Shown: piece after piece, positions 1-10,165 of the stretch | How positions within the stretch are numbered: position 1 is the stretch's first letter | Layout of the letters: each line of letters starts with the position of its first letter | NCBI GenBank assembly: GCA_034421435.1 | Contig: DAOUKJ010000037.1 | Span: 1 to 60,438 of the forward strand | Source: Dehalococcoidia bacterium | GTDB taxonomy: Bacteria > Chloroflexota > Dehalococcoidia > Lucifugimonadales > UBA2985 | DNA: 60,438 nucleotides | Direction of reading: 5' to 3' | Position numbers and translations under genes: made by a program | The notes under the pieces: generated by a model | What the model was told of the DNA's origin: nothing | The model's input: the letters and a program-made list of their open reading frames with translations, nothing else | Database searches by the model: none

Positions 1-2520
1 GCCCACCTCTTCGAGCACCTCATGTTCGAAGGGTCAAAGCACCACAACAGCGGCTACTTCGAGCCTCTGCAGGAAGTGGGCGCAACCCTCAACGGCTCCA
101 CCACGCCCGACAGGACCAACTACTGGGAGAACCTGCCGTCCCACTACCTGGAGCTTGCACTCTGGCTGGAGTCGGACAGGATGGGCTTCCTGGTGGACGC
201 CCTGGAACAGCGCAGGTTCGACATCCAGCTTGACGTGGTGAAGAACGAGCGGCGGCAGAGCTACGAGAACCGGCCCTACGGCGTGTCCGGCATCCACCTG
301 CAGGGCGCGGTATATCCTCTGCCCCATCCATACCACTGGCCCACCATCGGCTTTCACGAGGACCTGGATCAGGCGACACTGGAGGACGCGATCGCATTCT
401 TCCGGATGTTCTACACGCCATCCAACGCGAGCCTGGTCATCGCCGGGGACATCCGCCCGGAGCAGGCCGCCGAGCTTGCCGAGCGCTACTTCGGCGACAT
501 TCCGCCCGGTCCTGCACTGCCACGAGCAACCCGCACCGACTCGCCGTTGCAGGGCCGCGCAGACCTCACGCTCCACGACAAGGTGACGCTTCCCCGCTGG
601 TCGATCGTGTGGCCCACCGTGCCGCGCTTCCACCCGGACGAAGCCCCGCTCTCAGTGCTGGCCTCCCTGCTCAGCGAAGGCAAGAGCTCAAGGTTGCACC
701 GATCGCTGGTGTACGAACGGCGAATAGCGCAGAGCGCGGCGGTCCGCCACGGCCCGGCAGAGATCGCCGGCGACTTTCACATGGACGTGACGGCGGCGGC
801 AGGCCATACCGCCGAGGAGGTCGCTGAGGCTGCGCTCGCCGAGATCAGGCGTCTTCAGGACGCTCCGCCCCTGCCGGAGGAAATGGAGCGCGTCCGAAAC
901 CGCATCGAGTGGCAGCAAGTGCGCCTGACCGCCAACATCGGAGGGTTTGCAGGCAGGGCCAACCGCCTCAACTCCTTCAACGTGTTCGCGGGAGATCCGG
1001 GAGGAATCAACCTGGACATGGAGCGTTTCCTGGCGGTGCAGCCGGAGGACGTGCAGCGGGCCGCGCGAGTGTACATGGGCGAGCGGCAGGTGCAAATGGT
1101 GGTCCTGCCGGAGCCGTCCAGGAGCTACGCCGTCGCAGGCATCGACCGCACGCAGCGCCCGTCACCGGCGGCGCCCGCCGCGTTCAGCCCACCCCTGCCT
1201 GCGCGGCGGCGGCTGTCGAACGGCCTGGAGATTCTGGTCGTCGAGAAGCGGGAGCTCCCGGCAGTGTCATTCGCACTGGTGTTGAACACCGGCGCGGCCG
1301 GAGACCCGGTGTCGCTTCCAGGACTCGCATCCTTAACCACGGCCATGCTCCAGGAGGGCACTGCCGCCCGCACGAGCAATCAGATTGCCGACGAGATGGA
1401 GTTCATGGGCAGCCAGCTGGCCACAATGACCGGAAGGGAATCTACGACCCTGGCAGCAGAGACACTGACGCGGCACTTCCCCAAGGCACTGGAGATTGTG
1501 GCCGACCTGGTGCAGAACGCGGCCTTTCCCGACGACGAGCTGGATCGCGTTCGCAGGGAGCGGCTCACGTCGCTCAGGCGGATGCGGGACGATTCGACAG
1601 CCATGGCCGGACGCCATGCCCCCGGCCTCATTCTGGGCAGGGAGAGCGCCTTCGGCCATCCCCTGAGCGGCACCGAGGAGTCCGTCGAGGCCATCTCACG
1701 CGAGGACATGGCGGACATCTACGGCCGCAACTACGGGCCGGAGGGAGCTACGCTGGTGGTTGTGGGAGACGCGTCGCTTGCAGAGGTCGCGGAGCTGGCT
1801 GAGCAGTGGCTTGGAGACTGGAAGGTCTCCAGCGGCGACGGCACCACCCCCGTCGCGCCGGTTGAAGAAGTCGCGTCAACCCCCACCACTCTGTACCTGC
1901 TGGACAAGCCCGGCGCCGCGCAGTCCGTCATTAGAGCCGGGCTGACAAGCGTAGAGCGCCAACATCCCGACTACCCCGCGCTTGCGCTGCTCAACCACCT
2001 GTTCGGCGGCCAGTTCACCGCAAGGCTGAACATGAACCTGCGCGAGGACAAGGGTTATAGCTACGGCTACCGCTCGTGGTTCGAGTGGCATCGCGGCCTG
2101 TCGGTGTTCATGGCGGGCGGTGGCGTGCAGACCGAGGTCACGCGCGAGGCGGTTGAGGAGACACTTCGTGAGCTTCGCGACTTGGTCGGCGAGAGGCCCG
2201 TCACTGAGGCGGAGTTCGAGGCGTCCAAGGCGGCCATGCTGCGGCAGTTCCCATCGTCGTTCGAGACCTCGTGGCAGGTTCTGGAGCAGCTTGTGCACGC
2301 CGTGTCCTTCAACCTCCCCGACGACTACTACCAGACACTTCCCGCCGCCATTGAGGCGGTGACGCTGGACGACGTGAGACGCGCCGCAGCGGAGAACATC
2401 GACAACAGCAGGCTGACGCTGCTGGTCGTGGGCGACCGCGAGGCTATCGAGCCGGGTCTGCGTGAAGTTGGCATCCCCGTACGCCTGCTGGACCAGGATG
2501 GGCTGGAGGACCAGGAGTGA
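1..2520 (+). CDS. M16 (pitrilysin/insulinase) zinc peptidase, two fused M16 halves, 5'-truncated
   Basis: Frame is open from base 1 and reads AHLFEHLMFEGSKH (inverted HxxEH zinc motif), followed by NGSTTPDRTNY. The second M16 half lacks the motif. Confidence 0.93.
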   Translation, partial: AHLFEHLMFEGSKHHNSGYFEPLQEVGATLNGSTTPDRTNYWENLPSHYLELALWLESDRMGFLVDALEQRRFDIQLDVVKNERRQSYENRPYGVSGIHLQGAVYPLPHPYHWPTIGFHEDLDQATLEDAIAFFRMFYTPSNASLVIAGDIRPEQAAELAERYFGDIPPGPALPRATRTDSPLQGRADLTLHDKVTLPRWSIVWPTVPRFHPDEAPLSVLASLLSEGKSSRLHRSLVYERRIAQSAAVRHGPAEIAGDFHMDVTAAAGHTAEEVAEAALAEIRRLQDAPPLPEEMERVRNRIEWQQVRLTANIGGFAGRANRLNSFNVFAGDPGGINLDMERFLAVQPEDVQRAARVYMGERQVQMVVLPEPSRSYAVAGIDRTQRPSPAAPAAFSPPLPARRRLSNGLEILVVEKRELPAVSFALVLNTGAAGDPVSLPGLASLTTAMLQEGTAARTSNQIADEMEFMGSQLATMTGRESTTLAAETLTRHFPKALEIVADLVQNAAFPDDELDRVRRERLTSLRRMRDDSTAMAGRHAPGLILGRESAFGHPLSGTEESVEAISREDMADIYGRNYGPEGATLVVVGDASLAEVAELAEQWLGDWKVSSGDGTTPVAPVEEVASTPTTLYLLDKPGAAQSVIRAGLTSVERQHPDYPALALLNHLFGGQFTARLNMNLREDKGYSYGYRSWFEWHRGLSVFMAGGGVQTEVTREAVEETLRELRDLVGERPVTEAEFEASKAAMLRQFPSSFETSWQVLEQLVHAVSFNLPDDYYQTLPAAIEAVTLDDVRRAAAENIDNSRLTLLVVGDREAIEPGLREVGIPVRLLDQDGLEDQE

Positions 2521-2626
2521 GTCTCCCTCGCGCTCAGTCCGGGGCCGCCCCGCTCCGGCGAGCCGGATGTTCCAGGCCCGCAGGTTTGCACCGACTCCAG
2601 ACCCTCGTTCGCTTCCGCGGGGATTC

Positions 2627-3622
2627 ATGGAGCTGAGCCTTGGCCCGGCCATAGGGCTGTTCCTGGCAGCCGCCGTGGTGATAGTGGTGGCGGCGGCATT
2701 CCTGACAACTTCCGCGGACGTCATCGCCACCCGGATGGGCCTCGGGCGTTTGTGGGTTGGGGGGCTGATGCTGGCGGGCGCCACGTCTTTGCCGGAGCTG
2801 GTGACGGTCGTTTCCGCCGCCCTCGGCGGCTCCGCCGACCTCGCTGCCGGGAACATCTTTGGCGCCAACATGCTCAACGTCAGCAAGCTGGCCGTCCTGA
2901 TGGCCTTGTTTGGCGGGCGCGAGATATTCCGGCAGCTGGCGCCTCAGCAGTTCTGGGTTGCGGGATCAGCCCTGCTGCTCACGGCTATGGCCACGCTCTT
3001 CGCCGCCTCACAGATCGACTTCAAGCTGATGGCGGTGAGCATCCCTGCCATAGCCATCATAGTGGCTTACGTGGTCATGTTCCGCATTCTGCGCCGGTTC
3101 AGCATGCAGGCCAAAGAGTCCGCGGAGGCAGAAGAGGGGCCTGCGCACTCGCTGAGGTGGGGATGGACGGTGTTCCTCGCTGCAGCAGCCGCGATATTCG
3201 TTTCCGGCCCCGCGCTCGCGATCAGCGGCGAGGCCATCGCGGACGCCACAGGAATAGGCTCCGGCTTCGTCGGCGTGCTGGCCCTGGGAATGGCCACATC
3301 CCTCCCGGAGATAACGGCGACGATGACCGCCTTCCGCATGAAGGCCTACGACCTCGGCGTGGCCAGCATGTACGGCACCAACTCCTTCAACATCGTGGCC
3401 CTGGCGGCCGCAGACCTGGCCTACTCGGACGGCTCGCTCTACAGCTTCACGACCGCAGGCACTGTCAGCGCCGGGGTGTTCGCCATTCTGGTCACGTCGC
3501 TTGGCATGGTGTGGCTCACGATGCGACGCCCGCTCAAGCTGTTCTCGTTCGTCGAGCCGAGCCCGACTCTATTCGTAGGCATCTACCTGGTCGGGCTGGC
3601 AGTGGTGTTCCAGCTGGCGTAG
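2627..3622 (+). CDS. Sodium:calcium antiporter (CaCA/YrbG-like)
   Basis: About 10 hydrophobic helices and two alpha-repeats (AGATSLPEL, GMATSLPEI) with GNIFGAN/GTNSFN. ATG 2627 chosen over the longer ORF-track start. Confidence 0.88.
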   Translation: MELSLGPAIGLFLAAAVVIVVAAAFLTTSADVIATRMGLGRLWVGGLMLAGATSLPELVTVVSAALGGSADLAAGNIFGANMLNVSKLAVLMALFGGREIFRQLAPQQFWVAGSALLLTAMATLFAASQIDFKLMAVSIPAIAIIVAYVVMFRILRRFSMQAKESAEAEEGPAHSLRWGWTVFLAAAAAIFVSGPALAISGEAIADATGIGSGFVGVLALGMATSLPEITATMTAFRMKAYDLGVASMYGTNSFNIVALAAADLAYSDGSLYSFTTAGTVSAGVFAILVTSLGMVWLTMRRPLKLFSFVEPSPTLFVGIYLVGLAVVFQLA

Positions 3623-3843
3623 CGACGGGTCGGGATACGGCTCGTTCATCCTGCAAGCGTCATGCCCACCAGACTGCCGATGCCGAACGTGACCGCGGCA
3701 ACCGCGACTCGCATCTTCGCGGGGACGTGCGGCCGGTCGGAGCTGCCGCGCTTCATCGATGACATGACATTAGCAGGCCGCCAAGCTCCGGCCTAGCACA
3801 TCGCAGGTGGGGTATGCGAGAAGAGTCTGACGCGCCCTGAGGG

Positions 3844-4299
3844 TCAGCTCTCAGGCGAGTTCCGGACCATGAGCTTCACCAGGTCGTGCCGAGTGATTAT
3901 GCCAACCAGCTCCTTGCCGCGCGTGACCGGGAGCCGGTGGATGCCCTTGCTGACCATCAGGTCTGCCACTTTGCCAACGGGGGCATCCTCCTCCAGTGTG
4001 ACGACGGGTTGGCTCATCACGTCTCTGATTCGTCTGGCGCTCACCTCTCTGGCCACCATCTCCACCGTCTCCGGCCTGACGAACGAGCCCATGAGAGTGT
4101 ACAGATGGTCCGCCATGGGCAGGAACTTGCGATGGAGGCCGAAGTCGGAGTGCGTGATAATGCCTGTCAACTGCCCATCCCGGTTGAGAACGGGCAGGCA
4201 GCTGGCGCCGTGCTCGAGCATAAGTGAAGCCGCCTCTGCGACCGTCGAGTCCTCCGTAGTGGTAACCGCGGGGCTGGTCATTATGTCGCGTGCGAGCAT
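3844..4299 (-). CDS. CBS-pair domain protein
   Basis: Two CBS repeats (ARDIMTSPAVT...LPV...GIIT; RDVMSQPVVT...LPV...GIITRHD). GGAGG lies upstream of ATG 4299. Confidence 0.88.
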   Translation of the reverse strand: MLARDIMTSPAVTTTEDSTVAEAASLMLEHGASCLPVLNRDGQLTGIITHSDFGLHRKFLPMADHLYTLMGSFVRPETVEMVAREVSARRIRDVMSQPVVTLEEDAPVGKVADLMVSKGIHRLPVTRGKELVGIITRHDLVKLMVRNSPES

Positions 4300-4512
4300 G
4301 TCCGCCTCCATCCAGGGCCCGGCCTCCTCACGCCTCACTCCGCCAAATTGCCCTGGCATTCGCAGGCCGCACCCGCGTGGGTGCTCCCCTGCCATTGATT
4401 CTACCGCATTCGGCCGCACATGTCCTGCACGCTCCGGCCTGGCTGTGCGTCCACTGAACACTCTCGCGCATGGCGCACATGGGCAGGCCGGCGCAGGCGG
4501 ACGCCCCCCATC

Positions 4513-5190
4513 CTATCTCCGCGGCAACAGCTCCGGCAGGCGCGCTATCACGTCGTGGAAGTCGTTGAACGGGAAGTAGGGTATACCGTTGTCCTCGCAG
4601 TGCGCGCGAAGCCGGGCGCACGCGAAGACGTAGTCGGCCTGAGCAGCCAGGCAAGTGTCCGAGAAGCCGTCTCCCACGCTGATGACTGTGTAGCCCATGC
4701 CAGCGTACTTGAGCGCATGATAGCACTTGCATGCGCCTACCGAGTCGCAGACCTCCGGGCACTCGTCGTAGACCACGCGCACCCGCTCGCCCGCGTCGAA
4801 CGTGCCTCGGCTGCTGAACACCGGCACGTCCGATAGTCCATTAGCCTCAAGCACCGGGCGGATGTAGAAGCCAAGCCCGCTGGACGCCACGTTCAGCGGT
4901 ATGCCCGTCTCGCGGCACAGCTCCACCAGCTCTCGCAGGCCGGGTCTGACCACCGCCTTCTCCCGGACAAAGCGGGCCATCTCCTCTTCCCGGTCGCTGG
5001 GCAGACACCCGAACTCGCTAGCAAGGCACTCGCGGCCAACGATTTGACCGTCCTCACGCATTCGCCCGAAGCGGCGCCAGTCCTCAACAGCGTAGGCGTC
5101 CAGCAGCGCAACGCCCATGTCACGCTCCGTCACCGTGCCGTCGAAGTCGATCAGGATGGCCAGCTTGCCGGCGTATTCCAGCTGCGTCAT
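4513..5190 (-). CDS. HAD-IB phosphatase, MtnX-like
   Basis: Motifs DFDGTVT, ASSG, CKC and GDGFSD. Confidence 0.85.
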   Translation of the reverse strand: MTQLEYAGKLAILIDFDGTVTERDMGVALLDAYAVEDWRRFGRMREDGQIVGRECLASEFGCLPSDREEEMARFVREKAVVRPGLRELVELCRETGIPLNVASSGLGFYIRPVLEANGLSDVPVFSSRGTFDAGERVRVVYDECPEVCDSVGACKCYHALKYAGMGYTVISVGDGFSDTCLAAQADYVFACARLRAHCEDNGIPYFPFNDFHDVIARLPELLPRR

Positions 5191-5226
5191 GGGATTGACG
5201 GAATCAGCATTCGCGGGCGGCGAGGT

Positions 5227-7497
5227 CTAGCCGCCTGCGTCCTTCACCGCGCGGCGGTTGCGGAACAGGCCCGGCTCCACGAATGCGCTCGGCGAAGACG
5301 CGGCCTCGTCAATGACCTGCAACACGGACACGATAGCGGGGCTGTTCAGCAGCTGATCGCGCTTCTCCTGCGTGTCCGCCATAGGCTCGTAGCCCTCCAG
5401 CGACGCGTTCTGCCCGTCCAGTATCTCCGCCACCTTCATCAGAGCCTGCTCGATGTCGGCCTGGCTTATGACGTCGTGGAGTCTCCAGTTGGCCAGCACC
5501 GCGCTGTCGATACGCTCGGTGGCCCGGTCCTTCATCTCCTCCACCCGGTCGAAGTTCAGCACGCCGCTGCACCCTATGCCGCGGTTCACCCACGGCTCAG
5601 CGTAGGCCACCATGCTGTGGATATACCTCATGACCAGGCTCTCCTTCACGTCCGCGTTGGCCAGCTTGGAAGCGTCCAGCACAGGGAAGGACAGGAGCGC
5701 GTCCCTGCCGACGTTCTGCGCGGGCGCGTCCTCCATGGCCTGCTGAACCTCGTCCACGTCCACCATGTGATAGTGCATGGAGTGGAGGTCGCTGGGATAC
5801 GGAGCGGGCACCCACGCCGTATTGCCGCCGGTTCGAGGGTGGTCTATCTTCCTCTGGAGCATCTCCGCCATTGCGCGGTTCCTGACCTGCATGCCCTTAC
5901 CGATCTTGCCGCTCTTGTGGATGCCTGTCTGAATGCCCACGTTGACGTTGTGCCGCTCGTAGCTGGTATTGAACGTAGCGGCGGTAAGGTCGTCCCTCAG
6001 GTCGACTGGCCCGGCCTGCATCTGGACGCGAATCTGCGAGCCGGTGCGGTCCAGGAAGCCGGTGTTGATGAAGAACGTCCGGTCTTGCGAGGCCTTGAGC
6101 GCGTCCGAGAGCTGGAGGGTCATGCCGAGCTCCTCGTTCATGATGCCGATGAGGATTGTGCCCGACGCCAGGCCCAGCCGCTCCTCGATTGCCTCGAACA
6201 GCCTCATCTGCTCCGCGACCTCCTCCGCCGTACAGAGCTTGGGCGTGACCTGGTAGACGAATCCCCTGCTGCTGTTCGGCCCGCGGACAGGCAGGGCGCC
6301 CTCGCCGCCCTCTCTCGCCTCGCCGTTGGAGCCCTTGTCGTGCGACGTGGCTATGAGTGTGGTCAGCAGCAGGCCGACCATTCGCTCCGGCACCTCCTCG
6401 CCGTTGAGCGTGACCGCGTCGGTGTACATGTGCAGCGACACATTTCGCACGGACATCAGGCTGGTGCCCTTCAGCGTCTGGGCATTGCCGTCCGCGTCCG
6501 TATAGGTACGGTCGGAGTTGATGGTCTTGAGGTTGCCGCGGGAGCCGTAGGCCAGCAGGTCGCCCCGTATGACGCCAACGTAGTTGCGAAGCGCCGCCAC
6601 CTCGTCCTCCGCGTCGACGACAGTCACAGCGTCCTCGAAGTCGATGATGTTGGTGAGCGCGGACTCCACCACCAGGTCGCGGAACTGCCCGTTCCCGGAG
6701 TCGACTACGCCACCGTCGTAGAGCTGTATCTGGAGTCTGAGCCCGTTGTCCGAGAGGTAGAAGTCCGAAAGCTCCCCGTTATCGTCCAGGTTGAACCCGA
6801 CGAACTTCGACGGCTCCTGCAGCTTTGCCTGCCGCTCGTCGCGGGTGTGCGCTACCAGCTCGTACCGGCCGCCTTCACCGCGAGACACCGAGTACCGCCC
6901 GATGTCGTCGAACCGGACGCCTCCGTCCCATCCGGCCACGTGCTCGTCCAGGTAGGCGTTGGTCTCCTCAACCACCATCCGCAGCCGTGCGGGGCGCTGC
7001 TCGTCGCGGTCGATCTCCGGGTGCACGTCGCTGAGGAAGTAGGCGTCGTAGAGGCTGCCCCACCGGGCGTTTGCGCCGCCCACGACCATGCTGGCGTTGG
7101 TGACCGGCGTGACCAGCTCAGGGCCGTTCTGGTCCATCTCGGCGTCAAGCTGCGGCGTTGTCATGCGGAAGTCTACGGGGGCACTTGGGCTGAGGTAGCC
7201 GATGTCGATCATAAACCGCTCCAGGTCGGCGGCGTCCTGCGCGGCAGTCTCAGGCGTGGGGCGCCAGCCGCCGTTTCGCTTCTCGCGGTAGTAGTCGTCT
7301 ATCTTGCCCTGGACCTCCTCGCGCTTGGCCAGCAGCTCCCGGTTGCGCGGGCCAAACTGCTCCAAGAGGTCGCCCAGGATGCGAAACACCTCGTCGGCGG
7401 TGCGCCCGGTGCCCTCAACTGCCTCGTCCCTTACAAACTCGTATAGGCGATCGTTTACCTGAAGCGTGCCGCCGGAGTCCAAACTGATCTGTGCCAT
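5227..7497 (-). CDS. glcB: Malate synthase G (divergent)
   Basis: Motifs NARWGSLYDA, VRNV, INTGFLDRTG, GKGM, TAWVP, GIGCS and DRAT. AAGGAG RBS precedes ATG 7497; the ORF-track extension to 8148 overlaps the XRE gene. Confidence 0.88.
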   Translation of the reverse strand: MAQISLDSGGTLQVNDRLYEFVRDEAVEGTGRTADEVFRILGDLLEQFGPRNRELLAKREEVQGKIDDYYREKRNGGWRPTPETAAQDAADLERFMIDIGYLSPSAPVDFRMTTPQLDAEMDQNGPELVTPVTNASMVVGGANARWGSLYDAYFLSDVHPEIDRDEQRPARLRMVVEETNAYLDEHVAGWDGGVRFDDIGRYSVSRGEGGRYELVAHTRDERQAKLQEPSKFVGFNLDDNGELSDFYLSDNGLRLQIQLYDGGVVDSGNGQFRDLVVESALTNIIDFEDAVTVVDAEDEVAALRNYVGVIRGDLLAYGSRGNLKTINSDRTYTDADGNAQTLKGTSLMSVRNVSLHMYTDAVTLNGEEVPERMVGLLLTTLIATSHDKGSNGEAREGGEGALPVRGPNSSRGFVYQVTPKLCTAEEVAEQMRLFEAIEERLGLASGTILIGIMNEELGMTLQLSDALKASQDRTFFINTGFLDRTGSQIRVQMQAGPVDLRDDLTAATFNTSYERHNVNVGIQTGIHKSGKIGKGMQVRNRAMAEMLQRKIDHPRTGGNTAWVPAPYPSDLHSMHYHMVDVDEVQQAMEDAPAQNVGRDALLSFPVLDASKLANADVKESLVMRYIHSMVAYAEPWVNRGIGCSGVLNFDRVEEMKDRATERIDSAVLANWRLHDVISQADIEQALMKVAEILDGQNASLEGYEPMADTQEKRDQLLNSPAIVSVLQVIDEAASSPSAFVEPGLFRNRRAVKDAGG

Positions 7498-7782
7498 GAG
7501 TAGCTCCTTGCCGGTGAATTGTTGAACTATCGATTGCGACGCCTGGCGATGAGGCGCGGCGTCGCCGGAAGGGGCATGTGCGCGCCTGCCATTATCGCCC
7601 ATCACGCGAGCGGCCGCAACGGGTGTTGAGGGGTAGAGGCAGACTAAATCGGCTAGAAAACCCATCGGCAGGGTATAGAGCCAACTGGGCCGAGGAGAGT
7701 ATGATATGCTGACCGAGACACCTAAGTAGGTTGTTGCAGGCAAGGTTGCTCTACGTGCGTAACCTGGGGTGAGGAGAATTGC

Positions 7783-8964
7783 ATGACCGAGGCACTGGTT
7801 ACCCCCAATGTCCTGACTTGGGCGCGCCTCCGTCGCGGTCTCGACTCCGCCGCGTTGGCTGGCAAGCTGAACGTAAAGCCGGAGGCCGTACAGAACTGGG
7901 AATCCGGCGAACGAAGGCCAACGTTTCGGCAAGCACAGCAGCTTGCCAAGAACCTCTACATTCCTTTCGGCTACTTGTACCTGTCTGAACCTCCCGTGGA
8001 GGAACTGCCCATTCGGGATTTTCGAACTCTGTCTGGCCGTCCCCAAATGCCGCCAAGTGCAGACCTCTTGGACTTGCTCAACGATGTGCTCGGAAAGCAG
8101 CAGTGGATGCGCGAATTCCGGGAGGCAGAGGGCTTCGAGTCGCTTCACTTCGCGGGCCGCTTTCGGTCTACAGACCCGGTAAATGAGGTAGCGGCCGACA
8201 TCAGAGAAGTCATCCTCGTAGACGAAACTAGAAGGCAGGCTCCAAACTTCGAGGAGTTCTTGAGGCAGCTAATTCGTAACGCAGAAGCTGCGGGCATTAT
8301 GGTCATGCGGAGCGGTGTAGTAGGCAACAACAATAACAGGCGTCTAGATATAGAAGAGTTTCGTGGCTTTTCTGTAAGCGATAACCTCGCACCCTTGATC
8401 TTTATCAATAGCAAGGACTTCAAGGGAGCTCAGATCTTCACGTTTGCGCACGAGCTAGCGCACGTCTGGTCGGGGGAAGGGGGTATATCCAATCCTGACT
8501 ATGGTCTTCAGTCCGAAATTCAGGACGGCTCGGTCGAACGGTTCTGCGACAGGGTAGCTGCGGAAACCCTTCTGCCTAGCGAAGATGTGCTAGAGCAATG
8601 GGTGCCCGATGGCTCCAGCTTGGAATCGAAAGTCAAGAATCTAAGTGCCCGATACAAGGTAAGCGAAATGGTTGTATTGCGGCAAGCATATGACACCGGT
8701 TTCTTAGCGTCTTCTGCCTACAGGGAGGCCTTCGGCCAGCTCTTGAGCCGGTTCAGGTATTCGGAACCGTCGGGTGAACCTGGTGGGAACTTCCACAACA
8801 CCTTGCTTGCCAGAAACGGCAGTGCTTTCACCGCCGCTGTCGTTTCCAGTGCGTCCCAAGGGAGCCTGCTGAGTAGCAGGGCTGCGGACTTGCTTGGGGT
8901 AACCGTCAAGGCTCTTCCCGGAATAGCCAGGCACATGTTTGGGAGCCCCTTGAACCTTGGCTGA
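7783..8964 (+). CDS. XRE-family HTH fused to ImmA/IrrE (M78) metallopeptidase
   Basis: N-terminal HTH (LAGKLNVKPEAVQNWESGERRP), FAHELAH (HExxH) and ERFCDRVAAE. GAGGAG RBS. Confidence 0.9.
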   Translation: MTEALVTPNVLTWARLRRGLDSAALAGKLNVKPEAVQNWESGERRPTFRQAQQLAKNLYIPFGYLYLSEPPVEELPIRDFRTLSGRPQMPPSADLLDLLNDVLGKQQWMREFREAEGFESLHFAGRFRSTDPVNEVAADIREVILVDETRRQAPNFEEFLRQLIRNAEAAGIMVMRSGVVGNNNNRRLDIEEFRGFSVSDNLAPLIFINSKDFKGAQIFTFAHELAHVWSGEGGISNPDYGLQSEIQDGSVERFCDRVAAETLLPSEDVLEQWVPDGSSLESKVKNLSARYKVSEMVVLRQAYDTGFLASSAYREAFGQLLSRFRYSEPSGEPGGNFHNTLLARNGSAFTAAVVSSASQGSLLSSRAADLLGVTVKALPGIARHMFGSPLNLG

Positions 8965-9448
8965 CTACTGGATCGATAGCAGCGTGTTCATTGAGGGGAA
9001 GAAGGGGCCCTATGGGTTCGACATTGCGCCTAGGTTCTGGAGTCTTCTAGACGACATGATAGCTGACGCACGCATAACGTGCCCAATCAGAGTTTACGAT
9101 GAATTACGCAGTGTTCCGGACGAACTGAAAGATTGGGGCCAAGCGAGGAGAGAGTCGGGTTTATTCGTTGAACCCAGCGCTGTGGTGCAGAAGGCGTTTG
9201 CGACGATTGTCGAATACGTCACTCAGCACTATCCGGACAACCAAGATAGACGCAGGTTCCTCGACCGCGCAGACCCTTGGCTGATTGCTCACGCAATGGC
9301 CCAAGGAGGCACAGTTGTCACTTTGGAGGGGAGGGTTACGGGTATTTCCCAACAGGTTAGAATCCCCAACGTCTGCGATCAGTTCAGTATTCGCTGCATC
9401 ACCACTTATGACATGCTGCGGGAGCTGGGGGCATCGTGGAACAGCTGA
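8957..9448 (+). CDS. DUF4411-like PIN-fold protein
   Basis: YWIDSSVFI, ADPWLIAHA, VVTLE and RIPNVC motifs. The TTG start overlaps the upstream gene by 8 nt. Confidence 0.85.
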   Translation: MADYWIDSSVFIEGKKGPYGFDIAPRFWSLLDDMIADARITCPIRVYDELRSVPDELKDWGQARRESGLFVEPSAVVQKAFATIVEYVTQHYPDNQDRRRFLDRADPWLIAHAMAQGGTVVTLEGRVTGISQQVRIPNVCDQFSIRCITTYDMLRELGASWNS

Positions 9449-9552
9449 GGCGTTGTAGAAACACGCCGTGATTGACAGTATGGCAGTTCGTTGGCAAAGG
9501 GAGATGCTCCCCCCTACGATAGACTGCTCTTTCGCAAGCTCCGACTTCGCAA

Positions 9553-10077
9553 CTAGATCGGTGAGCCGGTCATCCCCTGCATCCCGCGGATGAGCCACAT
9601 TTCGCCCAGGTGGCTGAACCCGTGGGTCAACACGTTCTCCATCAGCACCTGCGTCGCAGAACGCTCGCCCATCGGCCGGACGGTGAAGATGCGCTCCAGG
9701 TCTGCGTCCGTGATCGACGCCAGATAGTCTTCCGAGGACTGCCAGACCGCGCGCATGTACGGCAGGAACTCCTCGATGGACGGGAGACGCAAGGCAGCTG
9801 CGTCCTCCGCGCTCATGCCGGTTCCCTGTGCCACCCGCTCCAGTCCGAACTTCTCGTGCCAGCCATCCTCCAGCCACACCGGCGGCCGCCGTTCCTGCAG
9901 CACGAAGCGCACCAGGTTGTCCTCCGTGCGCACGTAGTGCCACAGCACGAAGGCGAGGTGGATGCCGCCTCCGGGCGGCTGCCAGTGGAGCTGCTCAGGC
10001 GTAAGGTCGGTGGTGGCGGTCTCGAGGGCCTCGTGCAGGCGTTCCAGGTGTGAGCCGATCAGCTCTACGATAGCCAT
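9553..10077 (-). CDS. DinB/YfiT-superfamily protein
   Basis: Four-helix pattern with metal His triad (LWHY, THGFSH). Confidence 0.82.
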   Translation of the reverse strand: MAIVELIGSHLERLHEALETATTDLTPEQLHWQPPGGGIHLAFVLWHYVRTEDNLVRFVLQERRPPVWLEDGWHEKFGLERVAQGTGMSAEDAAALRLPSIEEFLPYMRAVWQSSEDYLASITDADLERIFTVRPMGERSATQVLMENVLTHGFSHLGEMWLIRGMQGMTGSPI

Positions 10078-10165
10078 GTGTGCACCTCTCGATTGGGTTT
10101 ATTTCGGCGGGACTGCCTCAGTATGTGGCTGCGGACACGCAACAGTCAAGGACGGAGCGCGCGCC

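Noticed and set aside
5044-7446. 800-aa plus-strand ORF, and similar long antisense ORFs (21019-22314, 27572-29149, 32550-34373, 54745-55563)
   Set aside because: They are exact shadows of well-supported genes on the opposite strand. Stop-poor antisense frames are expected with high-GC codon bias, and they carry no recognisable motifs.
7498-8148. 217-aa N-terminal extension of malate synthase in the ORF track
   Set aside because: It overlaps the XRE gene antisense. A good RBS and homology both start at 7497.
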